The notes under the pieces: model-generated | Databases searched by the model: none | What the model saw: the letters and a program-made list of their open reading frames with translations, nothing else | Told to the model about the DNA's origin: nothing | In this document: piece after piece, positions 1 to 9,001 of the stretch | Layout: each line of letters opens with the position of its first letter | Numbering within the stretch: position 1 is the first letter of the stretch | NCBI GenBank assembly: GCA_039683575.1 | Contig: JBDKRC010000296.1 | Coordinates: 1-17,133 of the forward strand | Direction of reading: 5' to 3' | DNA from: Armatimonadia bacterium | GTDB taxonomy: Bacteria > Armatimonadota > Zipacnadia > Zipacnadales > UBA11051 | Length of the DNA stretch: 17,133 bases | Translations under genes and position numbers: made by a program

Positions 1-29
1 TTGACTTAGTATGCTCAATATACTAAGAT
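1..29 (+). promoter_or_regulatory. Sigma70-type promoter candidate for fba with an overlapping inverted repeat
   Basis: TTGACT (1-6), 17-nt spacer, TAAGAT (24-29). The inverted repeat CTTAGTAT(5-12)-N7-ATACTAAG(20-27) overlaps it. RBS AAGGAG at 136-141. Confidence 0.55.
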
Positions 30-148
30 GATGCTGATGGGTGGCTGAGCCGCCCTGCGCCTCTATGGGGAAACACAGCCGCCACCTCTGGCCGCTGACG
101 ATATACCCTCAGGTTTGCGCCTGAGGCAGTAAGGCAAGGAGAAGCAAG

Positions 149-1129
149 ATGCCCCTCGTAACCGGTTTTGAACTGCTGAAGCCCGCCCTCGAGGGCGGGT
201 ACGCGGTTGGCGCGTTCAACGCCAACAACCTCGAGTCCGTAAAGGCCGTCATCGACGCCTGCGAAGAGAAGGAAGCCCCCGTGTTCCTGCAGGTCTCGCA
301 GGGCGCCATCAAGTACGCCGGTCTGGAAGAGGCCGCCGCGCTCGTTATCGCTGCCGCCAACAAGGCCTCGATCCCCGTGGCCCTGCACCTCGACCATGGC
401 ACCAGCTACGAGCAGAACGTCCAGTGCCTGCGCGCTGGCTTCACCTCGCTCATGTATGACGGCTCGAAGGATTCCTTCGAGAACAACGTCGCCGCCTCCG
501 CCGAGATCGCCCGCATGACCCATGCCTGCGGCATCCCCCTGGAGTGCGAGCTCGGTCTCATCCCGAAGATCGAGGACTATCTGACCGAAGAGCAGATGGA
601 GCCCTGCAAGCGCGGCGAAGTCGAGTGCGTGCTCGACCTCATGAGCCCCGAGGAGTGCGCCAAGCTCTACGAGAACAGCACCAATCCTGACATGGCCGCC
701 GAGTTCCGCGATCGCACCAAGTGCGACTCCATGGCAGTAGCCATCGGCGCCATCCACGGCATGACCGGCCGCGGCAGCAAGCTCGACTTCGACCTGCTGC
801 AGATCCTGATGGACAAGGTCGGCCTCCCGTTCGTCCTGCACGCGGCTTCCGGCATTCCGCTGGACCAGATGCAGAAGGCTTGCGCGATGGGCGTCTGCAA
901 GGTCAACGTCGCGACCCGCATCAGCATGGCGCTGATCCAGGGCACGGCGGAGCGCCTGGCCGAGACCCCCGACCAGAAGGACTTCCGCAAGGTCTTCGAC
1001 AAGGGCATGACCCGCGTCAAGGAAGTCGTCTTCGAGTACGTGGACCTGTTCGGTTGCGTCGGCAAGGCTGGCAAGGGCTGGTACCTCGGGCCGCAGAACG
1101 TGGCCATCACGAAGGAATCGCCCGAGTAG
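149..1129 (+). CDS. fba: Class II fructose-bisphosphate (ketose-bisphosphate) aldolase
   Basis: Motifs YAVGAFN, VALHLDHG, GFTSLMYDGS, ECELG, AVAIGAIHG, VLHAASG and KVNVAT. RBS AAGGAG and strong GC3 codon bias. Confidence 0.92.
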   Translation: MPLVTGFELLKPALEGGYAVGAFNANNLESVKAVIDACEEKEAPVFLQVSQGAIKYAGLEEAAALVIAAANKASIPVALHLDHGTSYEQNVQCLRAGFTSLMYDGSKDSFENNVAASAEIARMTHACGIPLECELGLIPKIEDYLTEEQMEPCKRGEVECVLDLMSPEECAKLYENSTNPDMAAEFRDRTKCDSMAVAIGAIHGMTGRGSKLDFDLLQILMDKVGLPFVLHAASGIPLDQMQKACAMGVCKVNVATRISMALIQGTAERLAETPDQKDFRKVFDKGMTRVKEVVFEYVDLFGCVGKAGKGWYLGPQNVAITKESPE

Positions 1130-1150
1130 AGACGAACTCGTTAGCAAACC

Positions 1151-1188
1151 AAAAGCCCCGACCATCTGGTCGGGGCTTTTTCTTTCTT
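1151..1188 (+). terminator. Rho-independent terminator of fba (potentially bidirectional)
   Basis: AAAAGCCCCGACCA-TC-TGGTCGGGGCTTTT followed by TCTTTCTT, about 20 nt after the stop codon. Confidence 0.9.
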
Positions 1189-1272
1189 CTACGCGTGGTA
1201 GGCATGCTCCGCATGCCGGAACATGTCTCGATAACGAGTTCCGGCATGCGGAGCATGCCTACCACGCGTAGA
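1188..1272. repeat. REP doublet (REPIN-like), family A, copy 1
   Basis: Perfect 35-bp inverted arms (1188-1222 / 1238-1272) around a 15-nt spacer. Each arm carries GTAG plus the hairpin GGCATGC-TCC-GCATGCC. Confidence 0.92.
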
Positions 1273-1309
1273 CGTAGTGTAGCTTCGGAATATGAGGGGG
1301 GAGACTGGA

Positions 1310-1804
1310 ATGCGTACATTTGAGGATGTACAAGAGTTCATTCGGGAGCACAGAAAGCTGCCTCATTGGCAGGGACCGGGAGAGACCTACTTCGTCCGCT
1401 TTTCGTTGTCTGACCCGCGCATCGCCGATCTGACCGATGAGAGCTTAGCCCCACACGTCATCAGTGCTCTTCGGCACCACGATGGCAAGAGACACCTGCT
1501 CTTCGACTATACGGTCATGCCGAACCACATCCACTGCATCGTCAAGCCTTTGGAAAGCGAAGAGGGCGCACGCAACCTGTTGGGGGTACTGGGCAGCATC
1601 AAACACTTCAGCGCTGTGTGGATCAACCGGGTCTTGCAGCGTAAGGGGCGTCTATGGCAGGAGGAGAATTACGACCACGTGTTGCGCAATCTTCAGGACT
1701 ACGAGGAGAAGTCACTGTACATCTACATGAACCCAGTGAAGGCGGGGCTTGTGCAGAATCCGGCACAGTGGCCATGGTGGGGCGTGGGAAGTGGATTGCG
1801 GTAG
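1310..1804 (+). CDS. REP-associated tyrosine transposase (RAYT / TnpA-REP, HUH Y1 family)
   Basis: RKLPHW...TYFV, HUH motif VMPNHIH, WQEENYDHVLR and catalytic Tyr region YIYMNPVKAGLV. Flanked by GTAG REP doublets. ATG 1310 chosen because the purine-rich RBS GGGGGAG precedes it (ORF track starts at 1292). Confidence 0.9.
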   Translation: MRTFEDVQEFIREHRKLPHWQGPGETYFVRFSLSDPRIADLTDESLAPHVISALRHHDGKRHLLFDYTVMPNHIHCIVKPLESEEGARNLLGVLGSIKHFSAVWINRVLQRKGRLWQEENYDHVLRNLQDYEEKSLYIYMNPVKAGLVQNPAQWPWWGVGSGLR

Positions 1805-1833
1805 CAGTCTTGACGCATGGTAAGCGCGTTTGC

Positions 1834-1910
1834 CGCGTGGTAGGCATGCTCCGCATGCCGGAACATGTCTCGGTAACGAGTTCCGGCATGCGGAGCATGC
1901 CTACCACGCG
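1834..1910. repeat. REP doublet (REPIN-like), family A, copy 2
   Basis: 77 bp, identical to 1192-1268 except one spacer base (GATAAC vs GGTAAC), in the same orientation. Abuts the uvrA stop codon. Confidence 0.92.
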
Positions 1911-1911
1911 T

Positions 1912-4900
1912 CTAGATTGCTTTACGTACAGGACTCCGCCCGTCAAGCGCCTCCCGCAGATACGGTGCCGTCGCCGACCGGTCGCACGCTGCCACCTCTT
2001 CTGGCGGCCCCGCGGCAATCAGCTCCCCTCCGCTATCCCCGCCTCCCGGCCCCAGATCAACCACATAGTCAGCGGCCTTGATGACATCGAGATTGTGCTC
2101 GATTATTATCACCGTGTGCCCGTGATCCACCAGGCGGTTGAGCACCGCCAGAAGCTGCTTCACATCCGCCACATGCAGGCCTGTCGTCGGCTCGTCCAGC
2201 AAGTACAGCGTGTGGTCGCGAACGGGGCGTGAGAGCTCTCGCGCCAGTTTGACGCGCTGCGCCTCGCCCCCCGACAGCGTCGGCGCCGACTGCCCCAGCG
2301 GCAGATAGCCCAGCCCGACCTCACACAAGACCTGCAAGCGCCGGGCCAGGCGCGGGATCGCCGAAAACAGCTCCCGCCCTTCCTCGACGGTCATCTGCAG
2401 GACCTCGGCGATGCTGCGGCCGCGGTACTTCACCTGCAGGGTCTCAGGGTTGTAGCGCTGCCCACCGCACTCCTCGCAAGTCACCCACACATCGGGCAGG
2501 AAGTGCATCTCTACGCACCGGCTGCCCATCCCCTCGCAGGCTTCGCACCGCCCGCCGCGGGCATTGAAGCTGAAGCGGCCGGGCTTGAAGCCCCGCATCT
2601 TTGCCTCCGGCAATGAGGCATACAACTCACGGATGATATCGAAGGCGCCGATATAGCTCACCGGGTTAGAACGCGGGGTTCCCCCGATGGGCGTCTGGTC
2701 AATGCTGATGACCTTATCCACATTTTCCACACCCAGAACCTCGTCATAGGCCCCCGCCGGGCTTACCGCTTCCTCGGTGCCCAGTTGCGAGACCAGCCCA
2801 CGATGGAGAACGTCGTCGATAAGTGTGCTCTTGCCGGAGCCCGAAGGGCCGGTGACGCACGTCAGTACACCTAGGGGAATCGGAACCGTCAGGTTCTTGA
2901 GGTTGTGCTCGCGTGCGCCGAGGATCGTCAGCCAGCACTCCGGGGCGCTGAAGGGCGGCGGCGGCAAGGGGCGGCGCTGTTCGGGCACGGGGATGGTTAG
3001 CTTCCCGGCGAGGAGTTGCCCTGTGACCGAATCCTTCTTCCTCGCCACCTGGGCAGGCGTTCCAGCCGCCACAATCCGCCCGCCGCGCGGCCCCGCGCCG
3101 GGGCCGACATCTATGATGTAGTCCGCCTCGGCGAACGTCTGCGGGTCATGCTCGACCACGACCACGGTGTTGCCTTCGTCGCGAAGCTTCTTGAGAGCCG
3201 CCAGCATCTTGTCATTGTCCGCCGGGTGCACCCCCACCGTCGGCTCGTCGAGTACATACATGACCCCGGTGAGCCCACAGCCCAGTTGCCCCGCGAGTTT
3301 CACCCGCTGAGCCTCGCCGCCCGATAGCGTAGGGGCGGTGCGCGACAGGGTCAGGTAGTCCAGGCCCACCTCGTTGAGGAACTGCAACCGCTGTCTGATC
3401 TCCGGTAGTATCTCCTGAGCCTTCACGCGTTCGCGTGAACTCAATTCCATCGCCCTGAAGAACTCGGCGCACTCCCGCAGCGGCATGTTGCACACGTCCA
3501 GGATCGTCCGCCCACGCAGGCGCACCGCCGCCGCTTCGGCCCGCACCCGCGCGCCATGGCAGTCGGGGCACACGGTGGCGCCGTCCCAGCTTGTCCCCAG
3601 CCCATAGCACGACCGGCACCAGCCCGCGTAGTGGTTGAACGAGAAGCTGCGCGGCGTGATGGGCTCGTAGCTCGCGCCGCAGTTGACGCAGGAGTGCAGC
3701 TTCGAGAAGCGCCGCTCCTGGCCCTCTCCAACCACAATCACCTCATCGCTCATCTTCAGCGCGGCCTCGACCGCCTCAGCCAGTCGCGAGCGGTTGCGGC
3801 TGCCCACGGTCACCCGGTCCACCACAATCTGCACATCATGCTTGCGGCGGCGGCTCATGGCCTTGCCCTCATATGGCAGCCGCACGACCTCGCCATCCAC
3901 CCGCGCCCGCGCCCAACCGTCGCGCTGCGCATACGCGAGCATCGTGCTGTACTCCTCATTCCCATCCGGCACCAGCGGCGCACACAGCAGCACCTGCTGC
4001 CCGTCATTCTCCGCCAGTATCGCGTCCACGATCTGCGAGACGGTCATCGCCCCGACCTCGACCTCGCACTTCGGGCAGTGCGGCTGGCCGAGGCGCGCAA
4101 AGAGCACGCGCAGGTAGTCGTAAATCTCGGTCGTGGTGCCCACGGTCGAGCGCGGCGAATAGCCCCGCCCCGTCTGGTCAACTGCAATCGCCGGCGGCAG
4201 CCCCGCAATCCGGTCCACCTTCGGCTTCTGCATCTGGCCCATGAACATCCGCGCATACGAAGAAAGCGATTCCATAAACCGCCGCTGGCCCTCCGCGTAC
4301 AACGTATCGAGCGCCAGCGAGGTCTTCCCCGAGCCGCTGACGCCGGAGATGACCGTGAGCTTGTGCCGCGGGATCTCAACCTGCACGTTCCTGAGGTTGT
4401 GCTCCCGCGCGCCGCGCACGATCAGCTTGTCGGACTTCCGCGCCTGCTTCACGGGCTTGCGTCCGTGCGCCACGATCCCGGTGCCCAGCACCTCGCGCAG
4501 CAACTCGGCCGTGGGGCTTTGTGACCCTTCCCACACCAACTCCTCGGGCGTCCCCTCCGCCACCACCAGCCCGCCGCCTGCCCCGCCCTCCGGGCCCATG
4601 TCGATGATGTGGTCTGCCGTCTTGATGACGTCCGGATGGTGCTCGACCACGAGCACCGTATGCCCCTCGTCCACAAACCTGTGCAGGACCTCCAGCAGGT
4701 GCCGGACATCCTCGAAATGCAGCCCCGTCGTCGGCTCATCCAGGATGTATAGCGTCCGCCCGGACTTAGGCCGCGCCAGTTCCTTCGCAAGCTTGATTCG
4801 CTGCGCCTCGCCCCCCGACACCGTCGTCGCGGGCTGTCCCAGCCGAATGTAACCCAGCCCCACGTCCACCAGCGTCTGGAGAGTCCGCGCGATGTTCGGG

Positions 4901-7302
4901 ATATTCCCAAAGTGCTTCAGCGCGTCGCCGACTTCCATCTCGAGCACTTCCGCGATGGTCTTGTTCTTGTAGGTGACGTCAAGCGTCTCGCGGTCAAAGC
5001 GCCGGCCCTCACAGATCTCGCACGTAACCCAAACGTCGGCCATGAAGTCGGAGTCGAGCTTGACCGCGCCGTGGCCCTCGCAGGCGCTGCAGCGCCCCTC
5101 CGGGACGTTGAAGGAGAAGCGCCCGGGCTTGTAGCCGCGCGCGAGCGACTCCGGCAGCTTCGCGTACAGGTCGCGGATGTGAGTGAGCACTCCAGTATAG
5201 GTTGCGGGGTTGCTGCGGGGTGTGCGGCCGATGGGGTCCTGGTCTATGAGCACGACCTTGTCGAGATGCTCAAGGCCCACAAGCTCGTCATATTCGCCCG
5301 GCGTAGCCTCCGCGTGCATCAGGTCCCGCGCCAGTGCCGGATAGAGCGTGTCGGTGATCAGCGAACTCTTCCCTGACCCGGACACGCCCGTCACGCACAC
5401 GAACGTATGCAGGGGCAGTGACACTTCCACATCCCGCAGGTTGTTGTGCCGCGCCCCTCGCAGCGTCAGCCGCTCGCCGTTGCCTTCACGCCGCTGCTCA
5501 GGCACGGGGATGCTGCGCTTGCCCGACAGGTACTGCCCGGTGAGCGACTTGCGATTGCGCTTGAGCTGCGCGGGCGTTCCCTCGGCAACCACCCGCCCGC
5601 CGCGTTCCCCTGCCCCGGGGCCGAAGTCCACTACATAGTCCGCCGCCTCGATGGTCTGCTCGTCATGCTCGACCACGATCACGGTGTTTCCCAGGTCCCG
5701 CAGGCGCAGCAGCGAATCCAGGAGCTTCCCCTGGTCGCGGTGGTGCAGGCCAATGCTCGGCTCGTCAAGCACGTACATGACGTCAACGAGCCCGCTACCA
5801 ACCTGGCTCGCAAGCCGGATGCGCTGGGATTCGCCCCCGGAGAGAGACGGTGCGAGGCGGTCGAGGTTGAGGTAGTGCAGCCCCACGTAACTCAGGAATG
5901 ACAGCCGGTCACGAATCTCCTTGAGAGCATCCTCGGCGATCATGAGCTCCGCCGCCGAGAGTTGCAGCCCCTCGAAGAACTCCCGCGCTGCCTCCACATC
6001 CAGCGCCACAACATCCGCGATGGACTTCCCCGCAATAGTGATCGCCAGACTCTCCCGGCGCAGTCGCTGGCCCTTGCAGTCCGGGCACGTCCCGACGCGC
6101 ATGGCGTCCTCAAACTGCTTCAGTATCGTCCGCGCCTTGAGGGTGCTGTAGCGCTCCTCAAGCTCGGCGATGAGCCCGCGCCAGACCTCGGAATGGGTGA
6201 ACTCCCAGTTCGTCCGTGGGTTGTAGTAGCGAAAGTCAATCTTCTCGCTGCCAGAGCCGTACAGCAGCCCCTTAAGCTGCTCCGGCGTCAGGTCGCGCCA
6301 GGGGGTGCTCAGCTTGAAGCCGTAGTGCTTGGCCACGCCCTCGTACCAGTGCCGCCGCCACGCGCTGCGCAACGACTTCATGAGTGGCACCGCGCCCTGC
6401 AGGAGCGACTTCTTGTCGTCGGGCACGAGCAATTCCGGCACGAACTGCCGCTCCTGGCCGAGGCCATTGCAGGTGGGGCACATGCCGCTGGGGGTGTTGA
6501 ACGAGAAGTGCGCATGCGTCGGCTCTTCAAAGCTCAAATCGCAGCGTGGGCAGGCGTAGCTGGAGGAGAGCAGGATGTCCTCGCCCTTCTCACGCGCGAT
6601 GATGACCTTGCCGTCGGCCTGCTTGCACGCCTCGTCCACCGCCTCGGCAACACGTGAGCGAATGCCGGGGCCGATGGTGAGCCGGTCTAGAATCACGCAG
6701 ATGTCGTGGCGGCGATACCGGTCCAGCGCCAGCGGCTCGTCCAGGCGCACGTCCTGCCCGTCAATTCGCGCCCGCAGGTACCCTCGCCGCGCGAGGTCGT
6801 CCAGTTGCTCCTTGAACTCCCCCTTGCGCCCCGTGTAGACCGGCGCCAGGATCTGCACCTTCTCGCCTTCAGGAAGGCTCAGCACGCGCCCGATGATCGT
6901 CTCACGGGTCTGCGAGCCGATCTCGTCGTGACACTCGGGGCAGTGCCTCTTCCCTATCGCTGCATACAGCACCCGCAGGTGGTCATAGATCTCCGTCACC
7001 GTCGCCACAGTCGAGCGAGGATTATGGCTGCGTGCGCCCTGGTCGATGGCGATGGAGGGGGCGAGGCCCTCGATATGCCCGACGGCAGGGCGGCCGAGCT
7101 GTTGGAGGAATTGCCGCGCGTACGTCGAAAGCGACTCGACATAACGCCGCTGGCCCTCCGCAAACAGCGTATCGAAGGCCAGGGATGACTTCCCGGAGCC
7201 GCTGACGCCGGTGAAGACGATCAGCGAGTTCTTGGGTAACTTGAGGTCCACGCCCCGCAGGTTATGCTCGTGGGCGTGGCGGATGATGATCTGGTCGGAC
7301 AA
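1912..7302 (-). CDS. uvrA: Excinuclease ABC subunit A, double-length (two tandem UvrA modules)
   Basis: 1796 aa. Four Walker A motifs (GVSGSGKSS x2, [18 protein letters not shown]), four SGGE signature motifs, repeated AEGQRR and TPRSNP motifs and CxxC zinc modules. TTG start with RBS AGGAG. Confidence 0.95.
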   Translation of the reverse strand: MSDQIIIRHAHEHNLRGVDLKLPKNSLIVFTGVSGSGKSSLAFDTLFAEGQRRYVESLSTYARQFLQQLGRPAVGHIEGLAPSIAIDQGARSHNPRSTVATVTEIYDHLRVLYAAIGKRHCPECHDEIGSQTRETIIGRVLSLPEGEKVQILAPVYTGRKGEFKEQLDDLARRGYLRARIDGQDVRLDEPLALDRYRRHDICVILDRLTIGPGIRSRVAEAVDEACKQADGKVIIAREKGEDILLSSSYACPRCDLSFEEPTHAHFSFNTPSGMCPTCNGLGQERQFVPELLVPDDKKSLLQGAVPLMKSLRSAWRRHWYEGVAKHYGFKLSTPWRDLTPEQLKGLLYGSGSEKIDFRYYNPRTNWEFTHSEVWRGLIAELEERYSTLKARTILKQFEDAMRVGTCPDCKGQRLRRESLAITIAGKSIADVVALDVEAAREFFEGLQLSAAELMIAEDALKEIRDRLSFLSYVGLHYLNLDRLAPSLSGGESQRIRLASQVGSGLVDVMYVLDEPSIGLHHRDQGKLLDSLLRLRDLGNTVIVVEHDEQTIEAADYVVDFGPGAGERGGRVVAEGTPAQLKRNRKSLTGQYLSGKRSIPVPEQRREGNGERLTLRGARHNNLRDVEVSLPLHTFVCVTGVSGSGKSSLITDTLYPALARDLMHAEATPGEYDELVGLEHLDKVVLIDQDPIGRTPRSNPATYTGVLTHIRDLYAKLPESLARGYKPGRFSFNVPEGRCSACEGHGAVKLDSDFMADVWVTCEICEGRRFDRETLDVTYKNKTIAEVLEMEVGDALKHFGNIPNIARTLQTLVDVGLGYIRLGQPATTVSGGEAQRIKLAKELARPKSGRTLYILDEPTTGLHFEDVRHLLEVLHRFVDEGHTVLVVEHHPDVIKTADHIIDMGPEGGAGGGLVVAEGTPEELVWEGSQSPTAELLREVLGTGIVAHGRKPVKQARKSDKLIVRGAREHNLRNVQVEIPRHKLTVISGVSGSGKTSLALDTLYAEGQRRFMESLSSYARMFMGQMQKPKVDRIAGLPPAIAVDQTGRGYSPRSTVGTTTEIYDYLRVLFARLGQPHCPKCEVEVGAMTVSQIVDAILAENDGQQVLLCAPLVPDGNEEYSTMLAYAQRDGWARARVDGEVVRLPYEGKAMSRRRKHDVQIVVDRVTVGSRNRSRLAEAVEAALKMSDEVIVVGEGQERRFSKLHSCVNCGASYEPITPRSFSFNHYAGWCRSCYGLGTSWDGATVCPDCHGARVRAEAAAVRLRGRTILDVCNMPLRECAEFFRAMELSSRERVKAQEILPEIRQRLQFLNEVGLDYLTLSRTAPTLSGGEAQRVKLAGQLGCGLTGVMYVLDEPTVGVHPADNDKMLAALKKLRDEGNTVVVVEHDPQTFAEADYIIDVGPGAGPRGGRIVAAGTPAQVARKKDSVTGQLLAGKLTIPVPEQRRPLPPPPFSAPECWLTILGAREHNLKNLTVPIPLGVLTCVTGPSGSGKSTLIDDVLHRGLVSQLGTEEAVSPAGAYDEVLGVENVDKVISIDQTPIGGTPRSNPVSYIGAFDIIRELYASLPEAKMRGFKPGRFSFNARGGRCEACEGMGSRCVEMHFLPDVWVTCEECGGQRYNPETLQVKYRGRSIAEVLQMTVEEGRELFSAIPRLARRLQVLCEVGLGYLPLGQSAPTLSGGEAQRVKLARELSRPVRDHTLYLLDEPTTGLHVADVKQLLAVLNRLVDHGHTVIIIEHNLDVIKAADYVVDLGPGGGDSGGELIAAGPPEEVAACDRSATAPYLREALDGRSPVRKAI

Positions 7303-7337
7303 CTGTAGAGACTCCTCAAAACAAAGCAGACGCCCTG

Positions 7338-7366
7338 ATTGTATTAGAACGTCTGTTCTAGGTCAA
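7338..7366 (-). promoter_or_regulatory. uvrA sigma70 promoter with a LexA (Cheo-type) SOS box in the spacer
   Basis: Minus strand reads TTGACC (7366-7361), N17, TACAAT (7343-7338). The spacer contains the palindrome TAGAAC-GTCT-GTTCTA (7345-7360), matching GAAC-N4-GTTC. Confidence 0.85.
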
Positions 7367-7395
7367 ATGATTAGGCGCGCCGTAGGCCACTCTCA

Positions 7396-7447
7396 ACGCG
7401 TGGTAGGCATGTTCCGCATGCCGGAATCCGGTAACGAGCCAAGTTCC
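7396..7447 (+). repeat. Family A REP, single arm plus truncated spacer and second arm
   Basis: ACGCGTGGTAGGCATGTTCCGCATGCCGGAA, then spacer remnant CGGTAACGAG and only GTTCCG of the right arm. Confidence 0.8.
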
Positions 7448-7450
7448 GCC

Positions 7451-7521
7451 TGTCATCCTGAGGAGCGAAGCGACGAAGGATCCCCCGCCGCCGGAGATGC
7501 TTCGCTTCGCTCAGCATGACA
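7451..7521. repeat. Family C palindromic repeat (TGTCAT...ATGACA type)
   Basis: TGTCATCCTGAGGAGCGAAGCGACGAAGGATC...GATGCTTCGCTTCGCTCAGCATGACA is an imperfect long inverted repeat. It resembles a widespread intergenic repeat class I recall near small GIY-YIG nuclease genes (recollection, not verified). Confidence 0.75.
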
Positions 7522-7633
7522 AATCGCTGCTGACTGTGCAAAAGCGGTAATCCTCGCAATAACCGTAATCCTGTTATATACAACGCCCAATGGCGTCAAT
7601 CTGTTTCTGCCAGATACTGAAAGGACCATGTGA

Positions 7634-8722
7634 ATGCAACCCGTAAAACTTGGAGTCATTGGCTGTGGCGTCATCGGCCCGACCCACATGAAGGCCGCCG
7701 CCGCCCACCCTGAGCTTCTCGACCTCGTCGCCGTTGCTGACCTCATTCCTGAGCGCGCGGAGAAGGCCGCCGCGGAATGCGGCGCAGCCAAGACGTACAC
7801 CCAGGGCTCGGACCTTATCGCCGACCCCGAAATCGAGCTCGTGGTGCTGGCCATGCCCACCACCCACCGCAAGGCCCTCGCGCTGGAGGCCTTCGCCGCC
7901 GGCAAGAACGTCCTGATCGAAAAGCCCATCGCCATGAACGCCGAGGACGTCAAGGCCCTCATCGCCGCGCGTGGCAGCCTCAAGGCTGCCTGCTGCTCTT
8001 CCCGCTATCGCTTCATCACCCACCACCAGATCGCCGCGGACTTCATCGCCACCGGCGCGCTGGGCGAGTTGCGCAACGTCTACATGCGGTCTGCCTTCCC
8101 GGCCGGGCCGCCCCCTGCCGGGCCCAAGCCCGAGTGGCGCCTCAAGCGCGGCCTCAACGGCGGCGGCTTCCTCATGAACTGGGGCTGTTATGACATAGAC
8201 TATCTGCTCGGGCTCTGTGGCTGGCAGCTCAAGCCCCTCAAGGTCTTCGGCCAGCATTGGCAGGTTGCCCCGCACATCGCCTGGCATCTCCCCGAGGGGA
8301 GCGATGCTGAGACCTACTACACCGCCCTCGCCCGCTGCGAAGGCGGCACCGTCATCTCTCTCGAGCGCGGCGAGTACATGCCGATCGCCAACGACAGCGT
8401 CTGGCAGATCATCGGCACGAAGGGCGCCCTCCGCCTCACGATGACCGCCGTCACCGCCGCCGGCCCCCAGGCTAAGAACGCGACCAACTGGAAGCAGATC
8501 TACTTTGATGAACTGACTGAGGACCAGGGCACTGTGTCAAAGGTGCTATGGGAGGGCGAGGAGGACTTGGCCATGGTTCACGGTGGACCCGTGACTGACA
8601 TGGCGCGGGCAATCCGCGAGGACGGCGAGCCGAAGACGACCCTGGAAAAGGCCTACATTGTGCAGCGCCTGACGGATGCGATCTATGAGTCCGGATGGAC
8701 CGGAGAAGCCATCAACTTCTAG
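7634..8722 (+). CDS. Gfo/Idh/MocA family NAD(P)-dependent oxidoreductase
   Basis: N-terminal Rossmann motif GVIGCGVIG, AGKNVLIEKP and GGGFLMNWGCYDID. RBS AAGGA. Confidence 0.9.
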   Translation: MQPVKLGVIGCGVIGPTHMKAAAAHPELLDLVAVADLIPERAEKAAAECGAAKTYTQGSDLIADPEIELVVLAMPTTHRKALALEAFAAGKNVLIEKPIAMNAEDVKALIAARGSLKAACCSSRYRFITHHQIAADFIATGALGELRNVYMRSAFPAGPPPAGPKPEWRLKRGLNGGGFLMNWGCYDIDYLLGLCGWQLKPLKVFGQHWQVAPHIAWHLPEGSDAETYYTALARCEGGTVISLERGEYMPIANDSVWQIIGTKGALRLTMTAVTAAGPQAKNATNWKQIYFDELTEDQGTVSKVLWEGEEDLAMVHGGPVTDMARAIREDGEPKTTLEKAYIVQRLTDAIYESGWTGEAINF

Positions 8723-8886
8723 CGCCTCTACGTAGTAATACGTAGAAAAAGACGAGTACCGGTACGCATTGCCCACAGCTCTGATCTGCTGTTTAATGGC
8801 TGTGCTCAGGGTAATCAGGAGTTAAGGCAAGCACGGGAACCGGGTGGATGATGATCTGAGCCTCAAAATGCCATCCGGGGGACCTT

Positions 8887-8921
8887 ACATGGGCAGCCAC
8901 ACAATATGTGGCTGCCTATGT
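8887..8921. terminator. Strong hairpin between convergent genes (terminator or REP-like remnant)
   Basis: ACATGGGCAGCCACA-CAATA-TGTGGCTGCCTATGT, a 15-bp stem with one G-T pair. Only a weak T-rich tail follows. Confidence 0.5.
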
Positions 8922-9001
8922 GTTTGTGTGACGGGGGGTTGGGCGACTGTAGCTGAATTGTGTCTGTTGGAGCGGATCGTGGTGCGCCCTGCTCGCCCTC
9001 G

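Noticed and set aside
23-1165. Long antisense or alternative-frame ORFs (e.g. 23-1165, 3556-4524, 7574-8287, 8960-9667, 10359-11705, 12661-13401, 13972-14901)
   Set aside because: They are shadow ORFs of high-GC genes, overlapping well-supported CDSs and lacking recognisable motifs.
1188-1910. CRISPR array or classical IS with terminal inverted repeats
   Set aside because: Repeats are dispersed inverted doublets, not regularly spaced direct repeats. There are no cas genes, no DDE transposase and no target-site duplication.
1107-2232. Short ORFs sharing the peptides VVGMLRMPE / SGMRSMPTTR (also near 7211-7583 and 12420-12761)
   Set aside because: They are translations of the palindromic REP repeats, not a protein family.
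8966-8990. GTTGGAGCGGATCGTGGTGCGCCCT as a degenerate GTAG-type REP
   Set aside because: The stem pairing is too poor and there is no second copy in the window.
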